A DNA stretch of 64,000 nucleotides from an uncultured Chloroflexia bacterium. GTDB lineage: Bacteria; Chloroflexota; Chloroflexia; Thermomicrobiales; CFX8. Below, piece by piece: positions 26,087 to 34,332 of the stretch (position 1 is the first letter of the stretch; each line of letters opens with the position of its first letter). The notes beneath the pieces were generated by a model that saw only the letters and a list, made by a program, of their open reading frames with translations, ran no database searches and was not told where the DNA came from. The translations under genes and the position numbers were made by a program. The stretch covers positions 392,327 through 456,326 of the forward strand of contig CAVSNU010000002.1 of assembly GCA_963729445.1 (NCBI GenBank). Direction: 5' to 3'.

Positions 26087-28480
26087 CTAGGTGATGAGGT
26101 TGTCGTTCACCACAAGCAGGCTCGTCGGTGACGCCGGGCTCATGAACGTGATCGTGGTGGACGCACCAGGTGACAGATCGCCCATCACGGTGACGTTGGT
26201 GATCGTCGAGAGAAGCTCCAGGGCAGCCTCGATCTGCGCGGCGGTCGCGTCATAGGCGAGCGGCGCGGTCGTTGCGCTATCGAACGTCAGCGTGAACGTG
26301 CCCCCGCTGACGCCTGCGCCCTCGCTCAGGATCTGGACGACCGGAGCAGACGCCGTGGTCATCGTTGTGACCTCCACGGTGCCGCCGTCCAGGTTCGAGC
26401 TGTCTGCGGAGATCTGCGCGACATCCTTGGCGGCGAGCGTCCCGGTGAAGTCGATCACCACATCCGTCGTGTTGATCGGGCCGCCGGTGACGGCCACCTG
26501 ACCGAGGCCGACGCTGGGCAACGCCGACAGCGCGACCTGGATCGTCGCCGCCGTCGCGTTGTAGGAGAGCGGACCGGTTGACTGGATCCCGAGCGCCAGC
26601 CTGAACGTGCCACCAGTTGCGCCGCTCGCAGCCAGGGTCTGGACTTCGTTTGTCCCGGTAGCTCCCTCAGTCGTCATATCAACCACCGCGGTGCCACCGC
26701 CAAGGTTCGTGCTGTTGGCAGCGATCTGTGGGACGTTCTGGGCGGCCAGCTCGCCAGTGAACTCAATCGCTACCTCAGTACTGGTAAGCGGACCTCCGGT
26801 GACGGCCACGTTGCCAGACCCGATGGTCGAAAGAGCCTCAAGCGCGGCGTCGATGTCGGCAGCAGTCGCATTGTGAGCAATTGCTGCTGTGGCTGCAATT
26901 CCAAACGCCAGGGTGAAGGTTCCACCGGTCGCGCCAGACACAGTAAGCGTCTGAACTTCGTTCACTCCAGCGGCGCCCGGGGTCGTCGTTGTGACATCCA
27001 CGGTGCCGCCGGTCAGGAGCTCATCGTCAGGGATGAGCGGCTCGACGTTCGTGTAGCCAAGGTTGCCGGTGAACTCGACCAGCACGTCAGCCATGTGAAG
27101 CGGGCCACCGGTGACGGCGACGTCATCCGCGCCGATATTGGGGAGTGCCACCAATGCCGCCTGAATCTGGGCGGCGGTGGCGTTGTAGGCAATCGATCCG
27201 GTAAGCACACCTGCATAGCTCAACTTGAAGGTACCCCCGGTTACCCCGTTCGCGGCCAGGGTCTGGACCTCGTTCGCCCCGGTGGTCGACTCGACAGTGA
27301 CCGCCACAACACCGCCGATGGTCACGTCAGTGTCATCCGGCAGCGTGACGTCGGCCTCGCCAATCACACCACCGCGTGAGTTCATCGCGATCACGCAGTA
27401 GCCGCCGTCTGCCAGCGCATCTACGTCGAGCACAGCAACGCCAGACGCAACCGTTGTTCGAGTCGCCACCGGCGTAGCGCTGCTGGCCAGCGCCGCGCAC
27501 GTGCCGGCGAAGAGCTCAACAGTCGCACCGACAATCGCCATATCCTCGTCATTCAGGACTTTCACGGTCAGTGTGGCGGGTCCTGCTGGATCTTCGAGCG
27601 ATACGGTCACCGTACCACCGTCCGAGACCGTCGCGACTGCTGTAGCGTCATCCGCGGTGAGATCGCCATCGAAATCGGCGCCAAAGCAGTACTCGCCAAC
27701 GGCAAGATCCGCGAACGTGTACACGCCGGTTTCCGTATCGGTCGTTCCGGTAGCAGTCGGCTCGTCAGTCCCAAAGGTGACGGCCGAGCAGGTCTCATCG
27801 GACGCAAGGGCGTATGCCTCGACGAGCACGCCGCCCTGTACCGTCGTTCCATCGTTGTCAAACGTCGTGACCGTGGCCGTTCCGGTTGGCGGAGGAGCGG
27901 ACTCGTAGCGCCACTCGTGGTAATGCAGACCAACGTTGCCGGCCTCGACCTGGAAGCCCGCGTTGTTCGACGGGGTATAGGTCATGACGCGGCGCTCGAA
28001 CGCCTGGGTCAAGACCCACTGCTCGGAACCGGCAACCATGACTCTCGACCAGTACGCCTCGGTGATCGGCAGGCCGGTGGCGTAGTACGGGTTCAGGAAC
28101 AGCAGGTCGTTCACGAACGCGCCGTCCTCGTACACGTTGCCCGAGGAGACCATGAACTCCCAGAACACCGAGGCGGTGCGGTGTCCCGTGTCCGGAGCCA
28201 GCTCGCCAGCGGTGACGTTCCACTCACCCAGGTCCGGATTGTTGCCGATATTGCCATCACCATCGACTGAAGCCGTGATGACGCTACCCTCGGCAAAGGC
28301 CGGGTCGTCCATCAAGGTAGCGTAGTCGGCATAGGTTGGTGTCTCGGCAAAGCCCGGATCACCGACGATGTTGATGTCTGCCGGCTGGAGAGGCTTGAAC
28401 GTGTCGTCGCCAACCTGAAGGTTCCCGGACATCAACTCGACCACCAGCAGACCGTTGGTCACGTACCACAGGCCGTCGTC
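26087..28480 (-). CDS. very large secreted protein, C-terminal fragment (LGFP-like domain remainder, Cna-B/carboxypeptidase-regulatory-like beta domains, 3.8 x 104-aa tandem repeats)
   Basis: It begins DDGLWYVTNGLLVVELMSGNLQVGD..., homologous to the CHRD paralog, and includes ...WVLTQAFERRVMTYTP..GNVGLHYHEWRYE. Beta-sandwich-like segments follow, then repeats starting NEVQTL. The upstream part of the ORF-track translation (to 28717) is out-of-frame read-through of the true N-terminus. Confidence 0.8.
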   Translation of the reverse strand, partial: DDGLWYVTNGLLVVELMSGNLQVGDDTFKPLQPADINIVGDPGFAETPTYADYATLMDDPAFAEGSVITASVDGDGNIGNNPDLGEWNVTAGELAPDTGHRTASVFWEFMVSSGNVYEDGAFVNDLLFLNPYYATGLPITEAYWSRVMVAGSEQWVLTQAFERRVMTYTPSNNAGFQVEAGNVGLHYHEWRYESAPPPTGTATVTTFDNDGTTVQGGVLVEAYALASDETCSAVTFGTDEPTATGTTDTETGVYTFADLAVGEYCFGADFDGDLTADDATAVATVSDGGTVTVSLEDPAGPATLTVKVLNDEDMAIVGATVELFAGTCAALASSATPVATRTTVASGVAVLDVDALADGGYCVIAMNSRGGVIGEADVTLPDDTDVTIGGVVAVTVESTTGANEVQTLAANGVTGGTFKLSYAGVLTGSIAYNATAAQIQAALVALPNIGADDVAVTGGPLHMADVLVEFTGNLGYTNVEPLIPDDELLTGGTVDVTTTTPGAAGVNEVQTLTVSGATGGTFTLAFGIAATAAIAHNATAADIDAALEALSTIGSGNVAVTGGPLTSTEVAIEFTGELAAQNVPQIAANSTNLGGGTAVVDMTTEGATGTNEVQTLAASGATGGTFRLALGIQSTGPLSYNATAATIQVALSALPSVGLGQVAVTGGPINTTDVVIDFTGTLAAKDVAQISADSSNLDGGTVEVTTMTTASAPVVQILSEGAGVSGGTFTLTFDSATTAPLAYDATAAQIEAALELLSTITNVTVMGDLSPGASTTITFMSPASPTSLLVVNDNLIT
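26090..27274 (-). repeat. in-frame tandem coding repeat, period 312 bp (104 aa), 3 full copies plus 1 truncated copy
   Basis: Units lie at 26963-27274, 26651-26962, 26339-26650 and 26090-26338. Each reads NEVQTL..(S/N)G.TGGTF.L......T..I.YNATAA.I..AL.AL...G...VAVTGGP......V.I.FTG.L........ Confidence 0.85.
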
Positions 28481-28772
28481 AATCTGCGTCCGGGTGGTTG
28501 ATCTCCATGCGGGCCTTGTCGAAGTACTGCACGTCGCGCAGGCCGCCCGGCGACTCGGCATACTCTTCCTGCACGACTTCGGTGTTCGCGTCAGGACCCC
28601 AGATCCAGGTACGGTCAATAACATCGTCCGCGACTGGCTTGTCGGTGCGATCCCAGGTGCGTTGGAACGCCCCGGGGGCAGGCGGAAAATCAGCGAGTGC
28701 CGGCGCCGCCAGCACAATCATCAGCAAAAGCGCGGCGAGCAGCGCCACAGGCTTCTTCAAGCTCACAAGCAT
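28479..28772 (-). CDS. very large secreted protein, N-terminal fragment (signal peptide plus start of LGFP-like domain)
   Basis: MLVSLKKPVALLAALLLMIVLAAPALA...RTWDRTDKPVADDVIDRTWIWGPDANTEVVQEEYAESPGGLRDVQYFDKARMEINHPDAD* is collinear with the first 105 aa of the CHRD paralog. ATG at 28772 with GGGAGAGAGGA RBS. The stop at 28479-28481 interrupts the conserved HPDA.DDGLWYV block. Confidence 0.8.
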   Translation of the reverse strand: MLVSLKKPVALLAALLLMIVLAAPALADFPPAPGAFQRTWDRTDKPVADDVIDRTWIWGPDANTEVVQEEYAESPGGLRDVQYFDKARMEINHPDAD

Positions 28773-29287
28773 AGATCCTCTCTCCCTATCGGTCGTTGGT
28801 TTCACGCGTCATTTCCAGATTCATATACAGACCTGGTCAGCCCATCACCTCCAGACCTATGAGCCGGGAACTTCGATCCTGCGCGTGGAGGCGCTGGATC
28901 GTGCGGTGATCAAAGCCACAATCCTCGTGTGCCCTGCGCCCACGGCGGCGCGCTGGCCGGCAGGGGGCAGGAAGCCTTTGAGTTCTCTACCGTGCTGGAT
29001 CGGCGTGCTAGCAGTCCTTGCGATCTGTGCCGCCTGGGGGAATCTCCAACATGCCTATGTTCCTTTCGCCAACCTTGGTCCCGCTTCATGCCGCCGAGGT
29101 GACGGCGACAATTGACCAGTCACCCCCATCCGCCGCATTCATCCAGGACGGATGAATCGTCAGATTCGTGTGAATCACACCTCTCGATAACAGGAATCTT
29201 CGGCGGCCTATAAACAGACACTTGGGGGAACATTCACCTTCACTCAGAACTTCCTCCACAGTACCACAGCCTACGCTATACGTACAC

Positions 29288-29325
29288 TTGCAAAACAACG
29301 AGAGCCGGTGGGTTCACCGGCTCTC
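29288..29325 (-). terminator. rho-independent terminator downstream of the C45-family gene
   Basis: On the minus strand: GAGAGCCGGTG-aacc-CACCGGCTCTC followed by GTTGTTTTG. It starts 30 nt after the stop at 29355. Confidence 0.6.
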
Positions 29326-29354
29326 GAAGGTCAGTTACATGTGTAGTGAGGGCG

Positions 29355-30455
29355 CTAGGAGTCGAAAGAGAAGCGCGTATACATGTGTTGATCGGGTGGG
29401 CCGGGCGCGACCCACATCTCGCCCTCGGAAGGACGCGCGATCACCGACGCGAAGGTAATGTAATCGCCCGGGCCGTCACCAAGGTGGCGGCAGATGGCGT
29501 CCGGCGTGTTCTCGCGATCGCGGCAGAACTCCATGGCGGTCTCGGGGGTGATCTCGCCACTCCGTGACTGAATGAGCTCCTTCATGCGGCCCAGGCGCAG
29601 GCAACTGTTGTTGTGCCGGTCGGGCTCGGAGGTCTCGCAGTCATGCAGCTCCGGCGCGACGAAATGGTTGGAGTGCGCGAGGACGCCGTCGTCCGCGTCG
29701 AGCCGCGCTTCACGCTCGACAGCAAACTCCATGTCGACCGCGTTGCCTGAGCGCTCCATCATCAGCACATTACGCGATGACGCCCGTGGAATCGTGCCCA
29801 GCTTTGCCAGCGCCGCGTCAATCGAGTCGTACTCCAACACTGTCCGAGATAGCAGATAGCGAGGAAATCCCGCTCGCCAGCTGCCCGTGTTCAGGAAGTT
29901 GGCGAACACTGCCATGCCCTGGTCGTTGATGCCGATGTACGAGATCTGCCCGGCGGGAGTCAGCATGAGCAACGCCGGCCTGTCGTCCGGCACGATCCTG
30001 GCCACGATACCCACGTCGCGGGTACCGGCCGGCAGGTCGGCGTTCTGGCCGGAGATCGGGATACCGTCAGCGGTATGCTTCCCCGAAATGGCGAACGTGG
30101 TGCACTCGTGCGCCAGCGCCTCCCGAGCCATCGCCGCTGCCTCGGTGCCGTCCTCGCCCGGATCGACGGCAAGCTCGGCGCGCAGCTGCAGGATGTACGC
30201 GTCTTCAGGGGAGATGTCGGCCCCCTGGGAAAGTCCGGTCAGCTCCTGCGCCAGATGCGGAGCGTGCTCCTCGATGAACGGGATGTAGAGCCGTGCCCGC
30301 CGGCGAGCTGTGGCGCAGTCAATATCCTTGGCCTCCAGTTTGCCCAGCGCCATGTTCAGGTGCAGGTGAACAAGCTCGCCGGCCAGCTTGCCATGCTGCC
30401 GGCCAATCTCCAGGTTACTTCCATGGAATTCATAGAATGGAAAAGCTGCGCTCAT
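29355..30455 (-). CDS. peptidase C45 / acyl-CoA:6-aminopenicillanic-acid acyltransferase-family protein
   Basis: Ntn-hydrolase-type layout with a candidate nucleophile Cys in ..AHECTTFAISGKHTADG.. and the conserved ..NHF... and ..ICRH.. blocks. Confidence 0.7.
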   Translation of the reverse strand: MSAAFPFYEFHGSNLEIGRQHGKLAGELVHLHLNMALGKLEAKDIDCATARRRARLYIPFIEEHAPHLAQELTGLSQGADISPEDAYILQLRAELAVDPGEDGTEAAAMAREALAHECTTFAISGKHTADGIPISGQNADLPAGTRDVGIVARIVPDDRPALLMLTPAGQISYIGINDQGMAVFANFLNTGSWRAGFPRYLLSRTVLEYDSIDAALAKLGTIPRASSRNVLMMERSGNAVDMEFAVEREARLDADDGVLAHSNHFVAPELHDCETSEPDRHNNSCLRLGRMKELIQSRSGEITPETAMEFCRDRENTPDAICRHLGDGPGDYITFASVIARPSEGEMWVAPGPPDQHMYTRFSFDS

Positions 30456-30985
30456 CCTTCGTCCCCTTTCGTGCCCTCAATCCGCGCACCGGACCGCACT
30501 CTCGCCATCGTGAGCGCGTCTACATACGCACCTTCACGAAACGCAAACGCTTGATGTCTGCCTTCTATCGTAAACCCGAACTTCTGATAAAGATAGATGG
30601 CACGAGCGTTGTCAGCATAGACGAGTAACTCAACGCGGCGCAGGTTGTACCAGTTATCGGCGAGGTCCATGAGCGCTGTCATCAGGGCTGTGCCGACTCC
30701 CCGCCCCTGAAATGATTCATCGACTGCCATGCCCAGCGATCCAACATGGTTGCGCCGCTTGCGATACAACGTGAGCGCCCCTTCGCCAACCACCCTGCCG
30801 TCAACCTCGGCGACCAGCAAGCGCAACGTGTCGGATGGAGGGTAGCGCTCGCGGCGCTCAGTCGCAGACGTGAACGGAATCTGGAGCGTGCCGGCAGCCA
30901 CGCCGCGTTGGTTGAACATGGCCGTGATGGCCGGCACGTCTTCAGGCTCATAGGCCCGGATGAGGATTGCTTCGGTTATGTCCAC
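30452..30985 (-). CDS. GNAT-family N-acetyltransferase
   Basis: Acetyl-CoA motif V.ESFQGRGVGTALM. The stop overlaps the next start (ATGA) with the C45 gene. Confidence 0.85.
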   Translation of the reverse strand: MDITEAILIRAYEPEDVPAITAMFNQRGVAAGTLQIPFTSATERRERYPPSDTLRLLVAEVDGRVVGEGALTLYRKRRNHVGSLGMAVDESFQGRGVGTALMTALMDLADNWYNLRRVELLVYADNARAIYLYQKFGFTIEGRHQAFAFREGAYVDALTMARVRSGARIEGTKGDEG

Positions 30986-31003
30986 ACACTCTCCCGGGAA
31001 GTG

Positions 31004-31525
31004 CTACCCGTCGCTGGCAGCCCGCGCCACAATGAGATTCGCAGCCGCCGCCAGGGCGAAGACGACGCCGTAGAGCATCCGGACCAGCGCGTCAAAGGTG
31101 CGCCCGCCGCTGAAGGTGATCATCGCGAAGAAGAGCGACAAAATGCCGGACGACACCAGCAGCAGGGCCAGACCGATAAACGGCAGGGCAGCTAGCACTC
31201 CGAACACGTCCGGGCGCGTCTGATTACCGCGAGCCATCGCCATCCGGCCATGCGCAGCGGCGTAACGCTGCCAGCCAAAGGCGGCGAGGACCAGGCTGAC
31301 AACCACGACGATGAAGACCGGAAAGATCACTGGGAACGGCAGTACCCAGTTCGCCAATCTCAGAAGGAGCGAAGAGATACTCACGACGATAAGCAGCGCG
31401 ATCAGGAACACCGTGTTGATCACGGCCAGACGTAAGCCGTCGACCACCGTCGAGCCGGTCGGACGGAACCAGTCGATCACCCCAGCGTTCGCCGGCTGCC
31501 GGAACTCGTCGAAATCGAACTTCAC
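31004..31525 (-). CDS. hypothetical polytopic membrane protein
   Basis: GTG start (VKFDFDEF...) with GAAGAGGGG RBS and 5 predicted TM helices. The ORF-track N-terminal extension to 31786 overlaps a well-signalled plus-strand small ORF. Confidence 0.55.
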   Translation of the reverse strand: MKFDFDEFRQPANAGVIDWFRPTGSTVVDGLRLAVINTVFLIALLIVVSISSLLLRLANWVLPFPVIFPVFIVVVVSLVLAAFGWQRYAAAHGRMAMARGNQTRPDVFGVLAALPFIGLALLLVSSGILSLFFAMITFSGGRTFDALVRMLYGVVFALAAAANLIVARAASDG

Positions 31526-31633
31526 GGCGCCCCTCTTCGAGCTTCCCAGCCTACTGTTCACGCTCTCATTGTACCGGGATGATAGATTATTCTGATAGTG
31601 GATCAGTACCCACGCAAGAGAGAAGGAACGCTC

Positions 31634-31765
31634 ATGAACAAGACCCTCTGGACCATTCTGCTCCTGGCCCTGGCCGGCGCCGTCGTCGCGGCCCTCTATC
31701 GCACCGCCCAGAACTCCGACCTGCCGGACGACGAATGGTTCGAGTTTGAGAACCTGCCAGGGTAA
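31634..31765 (+). CDS. small (43 aa) single-TM protein, not in the ORF track
   Basis: An AGAGAAGGAA RBS ends 6 nt before the ATG. Sequence: MNKTLWTILLLALAGAVVAALYRTAQNSDLPDDEWFEFENLPG*. It has a hydrophobic helix plus an acidic tail and high GC3. Confidence 0.4.
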   Translation: MNKTLWTILLLALAGAVVAALYRTAQNSDLPDDEWFEFENLPG

Positions 31766-31873
31766 GGCGACGCCGCACCACGACATCGTCCGCGCCGTTC
31801 TATCGCAGGCGGGACGAGCTTCATAGGCCGGATGAGTGGTGAAGGACAGGTATCGCGGTCAGGAGCTGCCGGC

Positions 31874-33553
31874 TCACGAGATGCGATCCAGCACCTCATC
31901 CAGTCCAACCGTCACGGCGCTTTTGGCATCCTGATCCCGGCGTTTGACCTCAAAACCTCCGGCTTTCAAAGACCTGGGACTGACGGTGATGCGCACAGGA
32001 ATGCCAACCAGATCGGCGTCTGCGAACTTCACGCCGGCCGACTCGTCGCGGTCATCCACCAGCACCTCCAGCCCGGCTGACTCCAGGCGCTCGGTCAGCA
32101 AGCGCGCTTGCTCTGCGATGACTGCATCATCACTCAGAAGCACAACGTGGACGTCAAACGGCGCGACGCTCGCCGGCAGGATGAGCCCGCGCTCATCGTG
32201 GCTGTGTTCTGCGATCCCAGCCAGGAGACGGCCAAGGCCGATGCCGTAGGACCCCATAATCATGAGACGTTCCTGGCCCTCTTCGTCCAGGAAGCTGGCG
32301 TTCAGGGCCGACGAATACTTGAGTCCCAGCCTGAAGATGTTTCCGACTTCGATCCCGCGCCGGCCCTCCAGTGGAGCACCGCACACTGGACACGGCATCC
32401 CCGGCTGTACCATCGCGATGTCCGCGATCTCCGTCGCCGCATAGTCGCGGCCTAGGTTCACGTTGCGCAGGTGGAACCCGGCGCGGTTCGCTCCAGCGAC
32501 CAGGTTCGGCGCCTGCGCCGACAGATCGGCAACCACCCTGACCCCGGTGAGCCCGACCGGCGACGCATACCCCGGGACTGCACCGGCTGCGCGGATCATC
32601 TCCTCGCTCGCCGGGCGGACCTCTCCGACACCGAGGAGCGCCTGGAGCTTGGCTTCGTTGACTTCAAGATCACCGCGAATGACGACGAACACGAGCTCAC
32701 CTTCGACGTCGTAGAAGACGGCCTTGAGCGTGCGGTCCGTCTCCACGCCCAGGTAATCTGCGACCGCCGCGATGGTCGTGGCCTCCGGCGTGGCTACCTC
32801 TTCCAACCGCGCGAGGTCTTCGCCTGGAATTGCGATCTCGAGACTGGCGATTTCGCGATTCGCCGCGTAGTCCCCGGTGGGACAGACCAGTAACAGGTCC
32901 TCTCCGGCCTCAGACTCCAGCATGAACTCGTGCGAGCCGCCGCCGCCCATGTAACCCGAGCTTGACTCCACTACCGTGACCGGAATCCCGGCGCGTTCGA
33001 ATATCCGCAGGTACGCGTCGTGGCACAGGTCGTAGAAGCGGTTGAAGTCCTCCTCGGTCGCGTGGAAGGAGTAGGCGTCTTTCATCATGAACTCGCGCGC
33101 CCGCAACAGGCCGGCACGCGGGCGCAGCTCGTCCCGAAACTTGGACTGGATCTGATAGAAGGCGAGGGGAAGCTGACGGTACGAGCGGATCTCGCGCCGT
33201 ACCAGGTCCGTCGCGACCTCTTCATGGGTCGCCGCTAACACCATCTCGCGGCCGGCGCGGTCTTCGAAGCGCACCATTTCCGGACCGACCGATTCCGTCC
33301 TGCCGGTTTCGTGCCAGAGGTCGGCCGGCTGGGCAAACGGCATCAGCAGCTCCTGCGCGCCGATCGCCTCCATCTCCTCGCGCAAGATCGTCTCGATCCT
33401 GCGGATCGAGCGCAGCCCAAGGGGCAGCAACGAGTAAATCCCCGCGCCAAGCTGGCGAATGTACCCTGCCCTGATCAGGAGTGACGCGCTGGCGGTGTCA
33501 GTCCCAGCCGGAGCGTCGCGCAGCGTCCGGCCAAGTAGCTGGCTGTATTGCAT
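31874..33553 (-). CDS. proS: proline--tRNA ligase (bacterial type with editing insertion)
   Basis: MQYSQLLG.TLR..P...D..S..LL.RAGYIRQL.AGIY..LPLG N-terminus and class II motifs. Length 559 aa. Confidence 0.9.
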   Translation of the reverse strand: MQYSQLLGRTLRDAPAGTDTASASLLIRAGYIRQLGAGIYSLLPLGLRSIRRIETILREEMEAIGAQELLMPFAQPADLWHETGRTESVGPEMVRFEDRAGREMVLAATHEEVATDLVRREIRSYRQLPLAFYQIQSKFRDELRPRAGLLRAREFMMKDAYSFHATEEDFNRFYDLCHDAYLRIFERAGIPVTVVESSSGYMGGGGSHEFMLESEAGEDLLLVCPTGDYAANREIASLEIAIPGEDLARLEEVATPEATTIAAVADYLGVETDRTLKAVFYDVEGELVFVVIRGDLEVNEAKLQALLGVGEVRPASEEMIRAAGAVPGYASPVGLTGVRVVADLSAQAPNLVAGANRAGFHLRNVNLGRDYAATEIADIAMVQPGMPCPVCGAPLEGRRGIEVGNIFRLGLKYSSALNASFLDEEGQERLMIMGSYGIGLGRLLAGIAEHSHDERGLILPASVAPFDVHVVLLSDDAVIAEQARLLTERLESAGLEVLVDDRDESAGVKFADADLVGIPVRITVSPRSLKAGGFEVKRRDQDAKSAVTVGLDEVLDRIS

Positions 33554-33612
33554 GGTTCTTGAATCCCTTCGAGCTGGCAGTCAAGCGATCGTGCTTTACG
33601 TCCCGCCCGAAA

Positions 33613-34320
33613 TCACCGGGGCGGGACGCCAATAGGCCGCTTGTTGGGCATGCCGGCGCGGCGCGGAAAGCGCTCGAGGGTGGGCTCGACCTTATCAATC
33701 AGGACGAACAGGGTGTCATCTATCTCCGATGGCACGGCGCGCGGGTTCTTGCCGCCTACGGATCCAACCGCGGCGCGCGCTTCGTCAATCTCCTCCTGAG
33801 CGCCGGTGCCCTTCGGGAGAATGATCTGACCGCCAACAGTGGTCAGGGGCGCCACCAATTCCACCAGCGTCGCCAGACGGGCGACGGCTCTCGCCGTGAC
33901 AACCGAGTAGCGCTCTCGATGCTGCGGGTCGTGGGCAAGCTCTTCGGCGCGGCCGTGAATCGTTGTCACATTGCTGAGTCCCAGAACGCTGGCAGTCTCC
34001 TTGAGGAAGTTCACCTTCTTGGCAGTCGCGTCGAGCAGCGTGACATCCAGGTCAGGCCTCGCGATTGCCAGGATCATGCCGGGTACGCCCCCACCAGTGC
34101 CGACGTCGAGGAGTGACGTCGCCTTCGGTGGCAGGTATCTCAAGATTTCAAGAGATGACGCCACGATGCGACGCTCGATGGATTCGAGGTCGGTTATCGC
34201 CGTCAGATTGAATTGCGCGCTGGCGTCCATCAATAGTCTGATATAACCGTCGAGCAGCTCACGAGCCTCGCCGGTCAGCGAGATCCCCAGGGTCTGTAGG
34301 GCGTTATCGATGGCACTCAC
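33613..34320 (-). CDS. rsmG: 16S rRNA (guanine527-N7)-methyltransferase
   Basis: ..FNLTAI.....I..RH..DSL...........LLDVGTGGG.PG..LAI..P...V.L.D...KK..FL.. signature. Confidence 0.85.
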   Translation of the reverse strand: MSAIDNALQTLGISLTGEARELLDGYIRLLMDASAQFNLTAITDLESIERRIVASSLEILRYLPPKATSLLDVGTGGGVPGMILAIARPDLDVTLLDATAKKVNFLKETASVLGLSNVTTIHGRAEELAHDPQHRERYSVVTARAVARLATLVELVAPLTTVGGQIILPKGTGAQEEIDEARAAVGSVGGKNPRAVPSEIDDTLFVLIDKVEPTLERFPRRAGMPNKRPIGVPPR

Positions 34321-34332
34321 GCTAGCTCAACC

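Noticed and set aside
28806-29287. A riboswitch (c-di-GMP or other class) in the long leader of the giant secreted-protein gene.
   Set aside because: I could not find the conserved cores of any class I know by eye. This needs a covariance-model scan, so it is reported only as an unexplained long leader.
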